Positions 13,006 through 25,464 of a stretch of DNA of 64,000 nucleotides are shown piece by piece (positions within the stretch are counted from its first letter, which is position 1; the number at the start of each line of letters is the position of its first letter). This DNA is from Negaprion brevirostris (taxonomy: Eukaryota): positions 68,079,997 to 68,143,996 of the forward strand of contig JARDVH010000042.1 of NCBI GenBank assembly GCA_030324005.1. Direction: 5' to 3'. The notes under the pieces were generated by a model. That model had not been told where the DNA came from. It saw only the letters and a program-made list of their open reading frames with translations, and searched no databases. Made by a program: the position numbers and the translations under genes.

Positions 13006-15032
13006 TCTCTAGTGTTAAAGGAAAGTCAAATTAAGTAGAGTATAAATCACGCACCTGCCCCATTCCTGCCAGGTGGGTAACCCAAAATTTGTTGCATAAT
13101 CTAAAAGAGGTGTAAAAATAGGCTTCCTGATGGCTCAGTGGTTGTTGTATCATTTATCATGTTACAAAACTGTGAGGTGTGTGGCTACATTGCTGCTCTG
13201 GGCTGCCTTAGCTAACGTCAGCCAAAGTTTGTACTTTTGATTATTGTCCAGTGTTCTCACCTGAAAATACACAAGATGCTAAACTATGGAGACCTGATAA
13301 CTGCAGCGCAATTTGTGGGGCCCCTCACTCACCTTCATTTCTGGGCCCTGTCCTCCCCAATAATCTCATGTCCCTCCCGACCCCACCCACTCTTGTCCCA
13401 CAGAATGCAAAGGCAGAAGCCACAAAAATAGACAAATTGATCACTGCTTTTTAACTTCTAAGACACATCTGTACAATAATTGCTTATCTCTTGTCAGAAT
13501 GACGATAACGATGGTCAACATTGTGATGTGTGAGGTGAGCAAACATGGAACTTGCTGATGAGCAACAAGATGGAAAAAAATCAGCTGATGACATCACTGC
13601 AGCACAGGCCGGAATGAGCCAAATACTCCACTCAACAAGGTGCTTTCAATATATTTCACGGAGTCTCACACAATTTCAAAAATAAAAGTTAACTTCTTTA
13701 ATTACTCTGAAAAAGTAAAATAAGTTATTGCCGTACATTCACATGAGTACAGTGTCCAGTCAGTTCAAGTCCAATATCAACAGCTTTGTCCTAGAGATTT
13801 TCTGGAGGCCAGTCTCGAGAGTGATGATGGTTAAAACTCCCAGCATGTGACCAATGCAGCCATTATATACACCAGAAATGGTCTATTTTGAAAAGCAGAA
13901 TTTAAACAAAAGAATATGGAAGAGGACAGATTTTTTAGGTTTTCTTTAAGATCTCCAGACACTAAGAAGCATGGAATTGTAGCCTGACAAAACAAAGAAA
14001 TCACTTTCATCAGTGGTTTTCAGCTGTTGTACTCTGCTCTTCATGGCTTGATTCACAAACCTCAGCAGCTTAATCCCTCATTGTGTGGCTAGCCACCACA
14101 CTTCTCCCTCACTTTTTGTCATGGTACCACACATGCCTCAACAAGTTGACCTTTTCACTACCAATTTTTCCGTTCTTTCAGACTCACCAATGTGAGTCAG
14201 ATTTCACTCTGCATTTTCTGCTGTAAGGCACATTTGTTTGAGACTAGTGTACTGGCCCCATGCAGGGCACCACTGTTTCTTGGGGTCCTTTACCTAGGCA
14301 TGGTGTGTTTCATTGTAAATCTGCCTCTGTCGCAGCGCACTAGCATACTGTCCAGATTCAAACATGAAGAATACCATTGGGCCAAAGTGCAGAGGGGACC
14401 AACATGATTCATTACCTTCAAGTGCAGGTGGATAAGGGAAACTATTATAAGAGAAAAAAATGTAGTTAAGAAATCAAACTTGTGAACATGAAATTATTAC
14501 TGAATGACTGGTCAAAAATAAAAGCTCCAGACTGATATATGAAGCAGTAAGAGATCTCTACAATAAATAATTGTGAATAAAGTTTAACAATGGAAGCTTG
14601 AGGGTAATAATGATCAAAAGTAGTGGAAATGTATACCATTTATATGATTCAACATATATATGAATCTGATACAATGGAAGCTTTCTGAATTATTCCAGCT
14701 GTTAGTAAAGTTATTATTGCCGTCTTTCCAAAAATATGTTAATGTCTATCCATCCTGTTTAATGATTCCAAAATAGAGAGACTGGAGAATATTACTTATT
14801 ATCCTTTCATTCTTTTCATTCTAATCATCATTTCTTTTTGTGAAGCATTAGCCTGAAATCAGCTCTTTAATTTTCAGGTATGCAGCAATTGATTTAGAAA
14901 GTATCTCTGCGGCACTCGGGATCCTGGGGGAATCCATTTCATTCAATCACTACCTGAGAGATTTAGTAATGGCTTTATTACTTTCCAAGGAAAGACACAG
15001 AGCTCAATCTGACTCTGCAATTAATTCAATAC

Positions 15033-15083
15033 CTGTTCCTGAAGTCGTGGGACGAGGAATTTTGTAGCCGATATCCTGACCGT
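15033..15083 (-). CDS. Candidate 51-nt internal exon of an unidentified gene
   Basis: Minus strand: GCTAAT branch-like site, TTTATTCCCAG acceptor, 51 nt open in all frames, ACAG|GTATTG donor; CpG-rich unique sequence. Confidence 0.4.
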
Positions 15084-16379
15084 CTGGGAATAAATATTAA
15101 AGCAGTATATTGAAACGCATTAGCTTTCTGCTTCAGCATATCACTGGCCGCGTACCAATGAGGTCCAGGATATAGGGGAAAATAACACTAAAATATGAAT
15201 CCAAACTCCAGGGGTTTTAGTTGGACCTGAGCTTAGAACTTTCCATTTGCTTGCACAGTATTTTGATTTAACTCATCCTCAAATTCCTGAGGAAATTGCT
15301 GCTTACAGTGTGATTTCATCATTGGATGTTGAAATGGAGAATTTTTGTACTCATTTATCAGCTTGTGGGAGAAACACTCCAATTGACAGAAAATATTTCA
15401 ATTTTCATCTCAGCCAAGGCCAATCTTTTCAATATTTTCTTTGGAGCCTTACTGTTGGTGAAACCATCCTTGCTATGAGTGCTACCCATGTCAAATTTAC
15501 TTTACTATGGTCTGATTCTCTTAATTTTTTTACTTGTAGATTACTTTGCCTGGTGAGAAAGGAGATGACTCTTCTGAACTCCGTATATGAAAACTGTAAT
15601 ACATGGCACACGGTGATAGAGGGTGTATGGTCAATTCATTCCTTAGAATAGATGTAGGCAGCACTTGGTATGAATTTAAGATGATTTTCTTCATTGGATA
15701 AAACTTAAAATTATTACAACAGAAGTGAAAAGAGAGAGAAAGAGATTGGGGATTGGCTTCACAGCCAGGCCCTGTATGTGAGAATTCACAGAACTTGAAA
15801 ACAAGATGGAAATGTACAATATATGTTATTGGTTATCCGTGTTATTTAAATTGTTAATACAAACTGTGTTCCTAACTTTCATAAACAACTGGCAGCGGTG
15901 TGTCTGTGAAAAATTTTTTAATGAAAAAGTAATTTCTGCTAACATTGTATTTTCAAAGAATGCAATCAATTTCTAAGCTCATTCCGGCATTCCCAGCTGA
16001 GTTTTAAAATGTGACCAAGTTAGCTTTAAAGCTTAGCATAATTAGTTACCTAGGTAGAAATATCTTAAAATGAAGTCTTATAATTGAAGCAAACCATACA
16101 AAGGATCCCACAGAGTGCCAACACATCTTGCTACAGTCTATTTTAGAACATATGCCTACTTCTTGCCCTACTTTTTTGGGTCCTGAAGTTACACTTGATT
16201 TAAGCTGAATAAGTGTGCTAATATTAAAAGTTAAAACAAAATGGACAGCACAAGTGGCAAGTTCCCTGGGGCTATCTACTCGATCGACACATTTATGCCT
16301 GTTTTGGAGGCTGCCATATCTTGCCTTACTTATTCAGTTTCCCATAAAAGCTAGGGAAGCATGGAGAGTTTGTATGCCT

Positions 16380-16984
16380 GGGGAGAAATCTAGTGTTGAT
16401 GACAGGAGTCTCAACTGTTGGCTGGAGAGCTAGCGAGACCGCCATGTCACTGCTTAACAGAAAGGCCTGCTGGTAACATATTCCAATCAGGCAGTTGACA
16501 AGTCTTTTCACGGGATCACAACCCCAGTGTTGGAAGTCCGCCTTCTGAGATTTGCCTGTCAATTGGAGGCCGTTTTGAATGACAGCACCACTGGGAAGGC
16601 AGTGGCAGCTGTTGGAATCACGATCACCTGAGATCCAGGACATAGGATAGAGCTGCGTGAAAAGAGGCAGGGGTTTGTGAGATGGGGTTGTGGGGGAGGG
16701 GTGAAGGGAGTCCAGCAACAAGGGCATGGGATGACTCTCAATGCTGGGCTCCATGATTGGTGTCTTTGAACAAGAGTCCCCTCCGGGAACCGGCAAGAGC
16801 TAGAAAATTAATTGCCCACTGAAGGAGCTAAATTGGCAGTGGGGCAGGAAGGCTCATCCATAGGCCTTCCCAATACTAATGTAAGTGAGGTGGAGGCAGG
16901 AAGGTGGCAGATACCCATCTGCTATCCTTTCGTCTCTTTAAATGTTCCCCAAACTCACCATAGGTGAAGGAACATGATTCCACC
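16380..16984. mobile_element. GC-rich MITE-like element
   Basis: Shares motifs with 26992-27707; TIR-like end ATGATTCCACC. Confidence 0.5.
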
Positions 16985-17077
16985 TCTTATCTCGCTCTTA
17001 CACAGCAGTGATCTTGTAAGGAACAAGGAAAGTCCCAGTCCCATGTAAGGTGACATGACAAATTTGGTTAAACACAA

Positions 17078-17200
17078 AATATTGGAATCTGAAACAAAAA
17101 CAGAAAAATGCTGGAAAATCTCAGCAGGTGTGACAGCATCTGTGGGGAGAGAATAGGGCCAAAGTTTTGTATCTAGATGACCCTTTGTCAGAGCTGAGAG
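17078..17200 (-). mobile_element. Penelope-like element terminus with decayed hammerhead core
   Basis: AATGCTGGAAAATCTCAGCAGG...CAGCATCTGTGG; minus strand CTGACAAAGGGTCATCTAGATACAAAA. Confidence 0.75.
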
Positions 17201-17479
17201 GAGAGTCAGCAGAGATTTATACTGAGAGTAGGGAGGGGTACATGAGCATACAGAAGGCTGAGAAAGTGTTAAAAGTGTCAGTTAAGTGATCAGAATGCAT
17301 GAAAGGCAAAACAAAGGTACACTTTTAAACAAGTAATTCACAAGGTCGTTAATTTGAATTATTTTTAGGTGCCCAATTACAGACAAAACATTAAAACTAA
17401 AGAGAGCTCACAGCACAGTTCAGCAGGATGGTGTCACTCACTCTTGTTGTAAGGAAAGATTTGAGATATTGAGACTATT

Positions 17480-17675
17480 TCCAGAAGGGCAGAGAAAGCT
17501 ACGAGGAGAATTAATAGAGAGGGTGGGGGATAAAACTAGTTTGCCTCTGGAAGCCGAGGTTGTGGAGAGAAAGGTGAGTCATGGCATTAGAACTTGCATT
17601 GTTCTGCAAAGAATCAGCGCAGACACAATATGCTAAATGGCCTCTTTCTGTGCTGTAAATTTCTATAATTTCTAT
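17480..17675 (+). mobile_element. Decayed CR1 3' end
   Basis: GCTACGAGGAGAATTAATAGAG; GCTAAATGGCCTCTTTCTGTGCTGTAAATTTCTATAATTTCTATGA tail. Confidence 0.65.
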
Positions 17676-17786
17676 GAATTTCGTTGGTTGCAGCTAAAGA
17701 TTCATTTTGTCTCAAAATGAGGAATCAGTGAAGACCGAAAGAATTGGAACTTTCTGCTACTGCCCTTAAGTTATGAAAATAGTTGT

Positions 17787-17910
17787 TGATTTGATTTATT
17801 ATCGTTACATGTATTGGGATACAGTGAAAAGTATTGTTTCTTGTGCACTGTACAAACAAACCATACCATTCATAGCGTACATAGGGGAGAAGAAAAGGAG
17901 AGAGTGAAGA
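17787..17910 (-). mobile_element. LINE 3' tail (Rex1/L2 type)
   Basis: GATTTGATTTATTATCGTTACATGTATTGGGATACAGTGAAAAGTATTG. Confidence 0.6.
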
Positions 17911-17915
17911 ATATA

Positions 17916-18460
17916 GGGCGGAATTCTTCCAAAAAAATTCTAGGTGTCAAATTTCTGTGAAAACTGGTTGCTTTCTTCAGTAGGAGTTCAGAGAAGAATC
18001 TCCCACACTCTGCGTTGCTGAGTATACCAGTGCGATTCGCTCCAGAAATCAGGGGGCTGGCAGCAGAGCACTGAGCAGGACACTGTACATGTGCCAATCT
18101 GTCAACGCTGAGATCAGCACATGCACAGTGGCCCCTGTCTGCCAGCCTTCCAATTGCTGGCCAACTCGATCTCTGGCCAGCCCCACGACCCCCTCAAAGC
18201 CAGCTCTCTAACCTCACCCACAGCCTGATTGCTGGCCCCCCACACGTGCCCGAGCCAGCCTGAACCCCACCAACCCCCCCACACAGCCCCGATCACCCCC
18301 TGCAGTCCCACCCACCCCCCCCCCAAGCAGGCCACGGGGTACAGACTGGCACTGCCAGGTGCCAATGCCCAGGGGGCACCACCCCCCACCACCTGACCTC
18401 TCTTCACTTGCCCTCCCTTCACTCCAGTGGAATCAGAAAACTATCTCCCTGCTGGAGTGA
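17916..18460. mobile_element. GC-rich MITE-like element, one end
   Basis: Starts GGGCGGAATTCTTCC; related to 3095-3412 and 2409-2972. Confidence 0.65.
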
Positions 18461-18629
18461 ACCACTGTGGCAGCGGGTGGGGTGGAGGGAAAGAGTGGTG
18501 GGGGGGCAGGTGATAGCAGGTCCGGAGATNNNNNNNNNNNNNNNNNNNNNNNNNNNNNNNNNNNNNNNNNNNNNNNNNNNNNNNNNNNNNNNNNNNNNNN
18601 NNNNNNNNNNNNNNNNNNNNNNNNNNNNN

Positions 18630-18826
18630 TGGAGAGGGAATAGAGTCAATGTTTCTAGTCTAGATGACTCTTTGTCAGAGCTGCCATCTCCATCAGCCAA
18701 GCATGTCGAGATTCCACTGTTGTCGAGTGCACTGATGAAGTCATCCAGGCTCGAAATGTTGGCTCCATTCTTTCTCTACAGATGCTGTTAGACCTGCTGA
18801 GGTTTTCCAGCATTTTTCTGTTTTTA
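18630..18826. mobile_element. Inverted pair of Penelope termini with fossil hammerhead cores around a short spacer
   Basis: Left arm 18630-18683 is reverse-complementary to right arm 18732-18780; CTGATGA-AGTC-ATCCA-GGCT-C-GAAA at 18732-18756. Confidence 0.8.
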
Positions 18827-19819
18827 TGACAAATTTGATACCAGTTTGAGAGTTGGCTTATCTCAGTCTTGGACTTTTCAGGGGTTAATATGCCTACTTC
18901 CATTATTACAACAGGGTCATATCTGGAGTGGTATGAGTGGAAGTGAAGGGTGGGTGTTATTGTGTTTTTGTGTGATAATGTAAAACAGATATTATTGGAT
19001 CAGCCGTTCATTAATATTGTCCATTTTACATGATCACTCAAAGTCAGAGTTACCACCCTACCACTGCCCCCCTCTCCCCTAGCTGTGTAAATTCAGTCTA
19101 CATTTTCTTTTTCTGTTGAATAATCCTGTGTTAGTTCCCAGGTTCATCTTGCTGTTGGATTCTGGGTTGCTTCTTCCTCACGTGTTTTTAAATATTTACA
19201 TAGCTTTAAATTAACCTCCGGAAAAATCATCAAGCTGGTATAATTGGTTCCATTTGGTCCCAGTGTCAGGGCCCTGAAGCTCTTGGGAAAATACAGACCA
19301 CGAGGCATCAGGTAAAAAGCCAATTATCTTCCTTACTGGTCTCAACAAGTGAGCATGTGAGCTGAATCATGGTCTGCTCTGTCATAATGCATCCTCAGAT
19401 TAAGTGACCTCTGAGGAGTCTTCATCGTCCCCCTGTTGCACAACCCCCTGCAGAACACTGCAGGCCCTGTGGGAAAGTAAAGATATGAATTGGATCTATT
19501 AAGAAATAAATGTTTTAACTGGTCTTTATACTTATCATACACTTCACTGATGCCAAGCCAACATGAGCAAGCATTGTGTGTCACGTGGTTGTCTGATATT
19601 TAATTTGGTTACCAAGTACCTTGGAAGGGCCCCACCTCCAACAGCCAAACATGTGGAGATTCCACTAATGTCCAGATCTTCCTCCTCTGCAGTTATTAGT
19701 TATGAGACTGTTAGGGGCCGGGATTTTAAAATATTAAGATACAAATGAAAGTCTGTGATTCAGATTAAAGGAAACATGTTTAAATTAACAAATTGCAAGC
19801 AAGATTTGTAGACGGAATT

Positions 19820-19985
19820 CCTATAACCCCACGCATTTACCCTGGCTAGTCTCCCTGGAACTAAAGGGCAATTTAATATAGCCAATCCACCTAACTCCCA
19901 TATCTTTGGGCTGTGAGAGGAACACAGTAAAAAGTCTGACAACACCAGGTTTCAGTCCAACCGATTTATTTGATAGTAAACTCAC
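19820..19985 (-). mobile_element. HE1 SINE 3' part joined to a second Penelope-type terminus, truncated by gap
   Basis: CTAAAGGGCAATTTAATATAGCCAATCCACCTAAC (HE1) then ACACAGTAAAAAGTCTGACAACACCAGG. Confidence 0.65.
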
Positions 19986-21227
19986 NNNNNNNNNNNNNNN
20001 NNNNNNNNNNNNNNNNNNNNNNNNNNNNNNNNNNNNNNNNNNNNNNNNNNNNNNNNNNNNNNNNNNNNNNNNNNNNNNNNNNNNNNNNNNNNNNNNNNNN
20101 NNNNNNNNNNNNNNNNNNNNGTCAAAAAAGGAACATTTGTTGGGTTGAATAGTCTTTCCTTGCCCCATTTTCATTAGATAGAGTTGCCTAAAGCAGCAGT
20201 GTGCAACAAAATTTGAAGAAGAATTTTAAGTATCTCTATCACCATAAAAACATTAAGATGTAAGTGTTACTTCTTCCGAAATGGAGACTGTGCTGTGAGG
20301 TGTTACTGTAAATTTGTAGTGCTGGTAATCGTGTTAGCATCAGTGCACATAGACTACTACAGTGCAAGCTAGCAGCTGTCTAATTGCAATTTTGTAATTA
20401 ATAATTACACAGTAGAAAATGATTTGCAATTAGCTCCTCCTAAATCATAATTTAAACAGTCAAAATTACACTACAAACAGCAGTGTAATTAAAACACTTC
20501 TGTGGAGTGCTTATTTAAACCTCATTCAGTTACAGAGAATTTCTCAATCACATTCTTCAGCTGAATCATGCACTTAATTAGTCTTTAGTACTCAGAGGAA
20601 ATTGGCTTTATTCAATAAGTGTCAATAATGCCAAACAAATGTAAATGTTACATTGACAGGGTGCAACTTAGGNNNNNNNNNNGCTGCAATCTTTATCATA
20701 CATTTTTTTAAAATGGTAATTGAATTCCAGACAGCATTTTAATGAGATAAGCTGAGTTTTTCTTGGCATGAATATACTGAATTTAAAATCTATGAAAATT
20801 GAAGGGAAAACAGTTCTTTACTCCCCATAGCATTGTTCCTATGAAGGTTTTATTCATTGTTTCAATAATATAAAGATGGAATTATATTCATTGTCAAGCA
20901 ATTTTCTTTTTTAACAATGATCGTTAACAATGCTAGCAAAAACAAGAACTGTGCCTCGAAAAGAACTTGGGTTCAGGCTTGTCAAATTGGACATGACCAT
21001 GCGTGTGTGTTTTCATGAATCAGATATTTCTTTGACCGACCAGCAAAGCAGCAACTGACCATATCAGTAAGATGATACCATGTTGTGTTCTTGCTGTGGG
21101 GCCACCTCCCAGTTGGAACATAGTGACTATGAGTGTCATAAAGAATTTGCATCTTTCACGATCTCAGGACAACTCAAAATGCATCACAACTAATGAAATA
21201 TTTTGAAAAGCATCACTGTCATAAAAG

Positions 21228-22215
21228 CATAACAACAAGAGCAGAAGTGGGCAATTTAGCCTCTTGAACCTGCTCCGCCATTGAATATGATAGTGGCTGA
21301 TATCATCTCGGCCTACCTCCACTTTCCTGCCCACTCCCCACAACCCTTTATCCTTCCTCTAATTAAAACCTATCTATCTTCTCCTTAAAGTTGTTTAGTT
21401 TTCCAGCATCCACTGCACTATGGGGTAGAGAATTTGACAGATTCACAAGCCTTTGAGTGAAGTAATTCCTCCTCATTTCTGTTTTAAATCTTCCACTCCT
21501 CAGGCATCTCATTCTAGAATGTCCAACAAGGGAAAACATCCTCTCTGCATCTACCCTGTCAATCTCTGGCATCTTTTATACATCCATTTCTCTCATTCTC
21601 CTTTCATTCTTCTAGACTTTAGTATNNNNNNNCTAAACTGCTCAACCTCTTCAAAAGGCAAGTCCTATATCCCTGGAATCAATCTAGTGAACCTTCTCTG
21701 AACCTCATCTAATAATTTTACATCCTTCCTCAAATAAAGGATGCCAGATGCGGTCAACAGTGCCCCATACAGTTGCAACAGCAGCTGCTTACTTTTATAT
21801 TCCATTAGCAATGAATGCCAAAATTCCAATTGTCTTCCTTGTTATCTGCTGCACCTACATACTAAACTTTTGTGATTCGATCATGAGGATACCCAGATCC
21901 CTCTGCATCAAAGCATTTTGAACTTTCTCTTCATTTCGATAATGGATACGCTCACACTTATCCACATTAAACTCCATCTACCAAATTTTGGTTCACTCAT
22001 TTTAGTTTATTCCTATCCATTTGTAAATTCCTTATTCTTCATTGCAACTTACTATCCCACCTATTTTAGTGTCATCGGCAGATATGGCTATATAGTACCT
22101 TCTGTTTCTGTGCCCTAGTCATTAAGATAGATTATAAATAGTTGGGCCCTGTGGCACACCGCTAGTTACAACTTGCCAACCAGAAAAAGACCCATTTATC
22201 TCCATGTTCTGCTTT
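21228..22215 (-). mobile_element. Decayed CR1 3' fragment
   Basis: DRVDAERMFSLVG, FKTEMRRNYFTQRLVNL, INGSFSGWQVVTSGVPQG. Confidence 0.92.
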
Positions 22216-22224
22216 CTGCCATAA

Positions 22225-22522
22225 TATAAGAAATGTAGGAGCCATTTTACAAATAGCAATGAGATAAATGAGTGAACTATTTTTTTCATTGTGCTCATTG
22301 AGGGATAAATAATGGTAGAATTCCCCCGTTCTTCTTCAAAACATTGCAGTGGCATCTTTTATATCCACATGCGAAAACAAACCTGGCCTCAATTTAGTGT
22401 CCCAGAATGCAGCACACCCCTTTTCTACACTAAAGTGGCCGCCAAGTTCTCATGTTTTTACATAGGTCCTGACACAACATTCTGACACAGAGGTGAGAGT
22501 ACCAGAACTATACTGACGCTGC
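22225..22522 (-). mobile_element. Deu-domain SINE (SacSINE1-like)
   Basis: GGCATCTTTTATATCCAC, TTGAGGGATAAATA and head TTCTGACACAGAGGTGAGAGT. Confidence 0.7.
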
Positions 22523-24779
22523 CATCTCATAGTTCCCTGGCTTTCTGATTCTCTTTTCCCTTTATACTCATCACTGCTACACGATAGCTCCGTTGTTACT
22601 CCTTTTTGTTTATCTGCTTCCATGAACTTTATTACATTTCTCTGAACAGATGGCCATTAACATCTTTACAATGTGTACTGGTGAAATTCAGCTACTTTAA
22701 ATCCAGCATATTATTTCCTTCCTGAAGCCTTTGGAACTCTAGCAGCTATCCCACTTGCATGTACGTAGGCCTTAACATTTTCCCAGTGTATTTTGACACT
22801 AACATATTTGTTTCTACTTTCTTACACAAAGCCATCTGTTCAGACGTTCCAAAACATTGATTATCCATTCCAAAATACAGAAGGCTAAGGCATTTGCACC
22901 CTAAGTTATTGTGTTTCTCTCAAAGCCGCAGTATGCATAGTGATAACACAAGNNNNNNNNNNNNNNNNNNNNNNNNNNNNNNNNNNNNNNNNNNNNNNNN
23001 NNNNNNNNNNNNNNNNNNNNNNNNNNNNNNNNNNNNNNNNNNNNNNNNNNNNNNNNNNNNNNNNNNNNNNNNNNNNNNNNNNNNNNNNNNNNNNNNNNNN
23101 NNNNNNNNNNNNNNNNNNNNNNNNNNNNNNNNNNNNNNNNNNNNNNNNNNNNNNNNNNNNNNNNNNNNNNNNNNNNNNNNNNNNNNNNNNNNNNNNNNNN
23201 NNNNNNNNNNNNNNNNNNNNNNNNNNNNNNNNNNNNAAATTAATGGAGGAAAATCAGATGGAGTGTACTACTGCTGTGTGATTATTCCCACCTGACTTGC
23301 CTGCATGTGCTTCATTCACAATTAATGATTAATGTCCAACTACTAAAATGGAAACGCCAGCACCACTGGCAATACTGTCACAAGTTTTAAGAGCATAGAA
23401 AAAGGTACATTTTATGAACATTGACCCCAGACATAGCCCTGCTCCTGAAAGACTTCCCTTTGATATCCATATATTTCTGATGCAGCCCATCACTGTGTGA
23501 AAATTCATTATACATATTTACTATGTCAAAATCCATCGTATTATGATTTCAGTAAGAGAAAGTTTCAGTTGTAAGTTACAGTTTGAATTTGTGCACTGTG
23601 GCAACATGACCATTCATTATAAGTGTTCAAAGAGCTGTTTGATAATTAAAATGTATTTGTGTCAGTATCTGCATAAACCATGGGGAGATGACATTGCAGA
23701 TTGCAATCATGTAAAAATGTTGAGTCAAACCTACAGTTACTGCAGAAATTATAGCAACGCCTTTAGCATTTTTGCCTTTGCAGCTAACAACTGTAAGCAT
23801 TGCAGATGACATTCTCCCTGTTCCTAGTTCCTTCTGGGCATTTTGTGTGGTTCTTCATGCCTCACTTCATGATGTATGACCACAAGTGTTTCTGCAGTAA
23901 TCTTGGGAATAGACTACTTGAAACCTTCTAATTCACCTGCAACTGTCACCTTCAATCAGATGAGCTTGCTGGTCAGACTACAAACCTTTGAATAGGCAGA
24001 ACTCCAGAACAGTGCATGAACATTTCGGGCACTTTCAAGTACACTCAACAGACACAATGTGCATTATTGATTAGATTCAAACTTGGAAATTCTGAAGAGA
24101 ATGATTGTGTGCTATGAGCTGTCAGGATCTCCAAAACAACATTCTCTGAAGCATTATACATAAATACAAATTTTTACCTTTAAATTTGAATTATGCTATA
24201 CACAATGCCAGAATAATTTAAATCCCAGTCTGCTTGACATTCTTTTAATTGACTGTATAGTTTATGGCTTGATATAATCTACATACATTTCAGTGTAGGT
24301 TTTAGTGTGTCAATGAAAACAGAACAGGAAATACTTTTAATAATCCCATGCAGCAATATGTTTGGTTAAATAACTCAACTCTAATCTTGTGCATTGACAG
24401 AGAATCTCAATCGTTTCTATTTCCTTTCTACACCAATATCAGTTCTGATTCCATTATAGATTTTTATAGCTTCAATTATGATTATAGCTTTAGAACCAGA
24501 AAAATTGTGCTAACATTACCACACTACCACCAATTCTATTTCTGTTATAGACTGTTATCAACTATATTTATAAACAATTATCATCACTAAATAGTAACTC
24601 GCCTGCTCTCAGTCTGCTATCAAGGCTGTTTTGGGGTTCTTGATTATGCTGTTTAAAATGTGAAACTTTGTGGCACAGTTCTTCCAACTAATAAGTATGA
24701 GTTTGAATTTCCTTTGCAAAAGTTAATTGTCCCCCTCAGGATTATAACAATGGTCAAACACAAGAACAAAGTCAATTTT

Positions 24780-25440
24780 TTTGAAGAGGAAGAGAAAGAA
24801 AACCCAGTTTTGGCTGATAGCTATTGCAAGTGGATAAACGAGTCAATACCCAATACTACAAGTGCCAACATTATTGAGGTTTTGAGAAGTTGACCTGCAG
24901 TTTATGGGCTGCCAGAGATGTTTGTATTAGATAATGGTTCACATTTCATGTCAAATGGTCTGAAATATTTCTGAGTGAGAATGGAGTCAACCACACTCAA
25001 ATATTGTCAGATCCACCAGCATTGAATGGTGCTGTAGCAAAAAGTGTGTAGATTGTGAAGAGGTCTTCATAGAAGCATTTACATGTTACAAGCCAAACAA
25101 TAATTCAATAATTTTCATGTGTCGTTTCAACCCAGGATAGATGATTTTATGTTCTCTTACAGAGTAACACCACAGTTCACAAAAGGTTGCTCACCTTATT
25201 GAATTAGTGCTTAAAATCAGTCCTAGGACAGATTTTAGTTTACTTAAGCCTGACCTCAAAAGCAAAATAAGAGAAAAACAAGACAAAGTGAAGATGATGA
25301 TATAAGGCATGAATTTAAGAAAGTTCAATGTAGCTCAGAAGGTCATGGTCAAAAATCACTAAGGTGTGAAGGGGAAATATGTGATTGGACTTGTTCTAAA
25401 GAGGGTATATTCATACATCTAGTGAATGTTGGAGAGATAC
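24780..25440 (+). mobile_element. Decayed Gypsy-type integrase fragment
   Basis: VLADSYCKWI..TTSANIIEVLR..YGLPEMFVLDNG..ENGVNH..PALNGAV, an rve-core pattern. Confidence 0.8.
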
Positions 25441-25464
25441 TCTACTAGTGTGTCAGAGAAATAT

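Noticed and set aside
15247-15651. 134-aa ORF in unique DNA
   Set aside because: TTG start, no recognisable domain or splice context
18220-18530. CpG island or G-quadruplex promoter
   Set aside because: C/G runs lie in or beside a MITE-like repeat and CpG density is low
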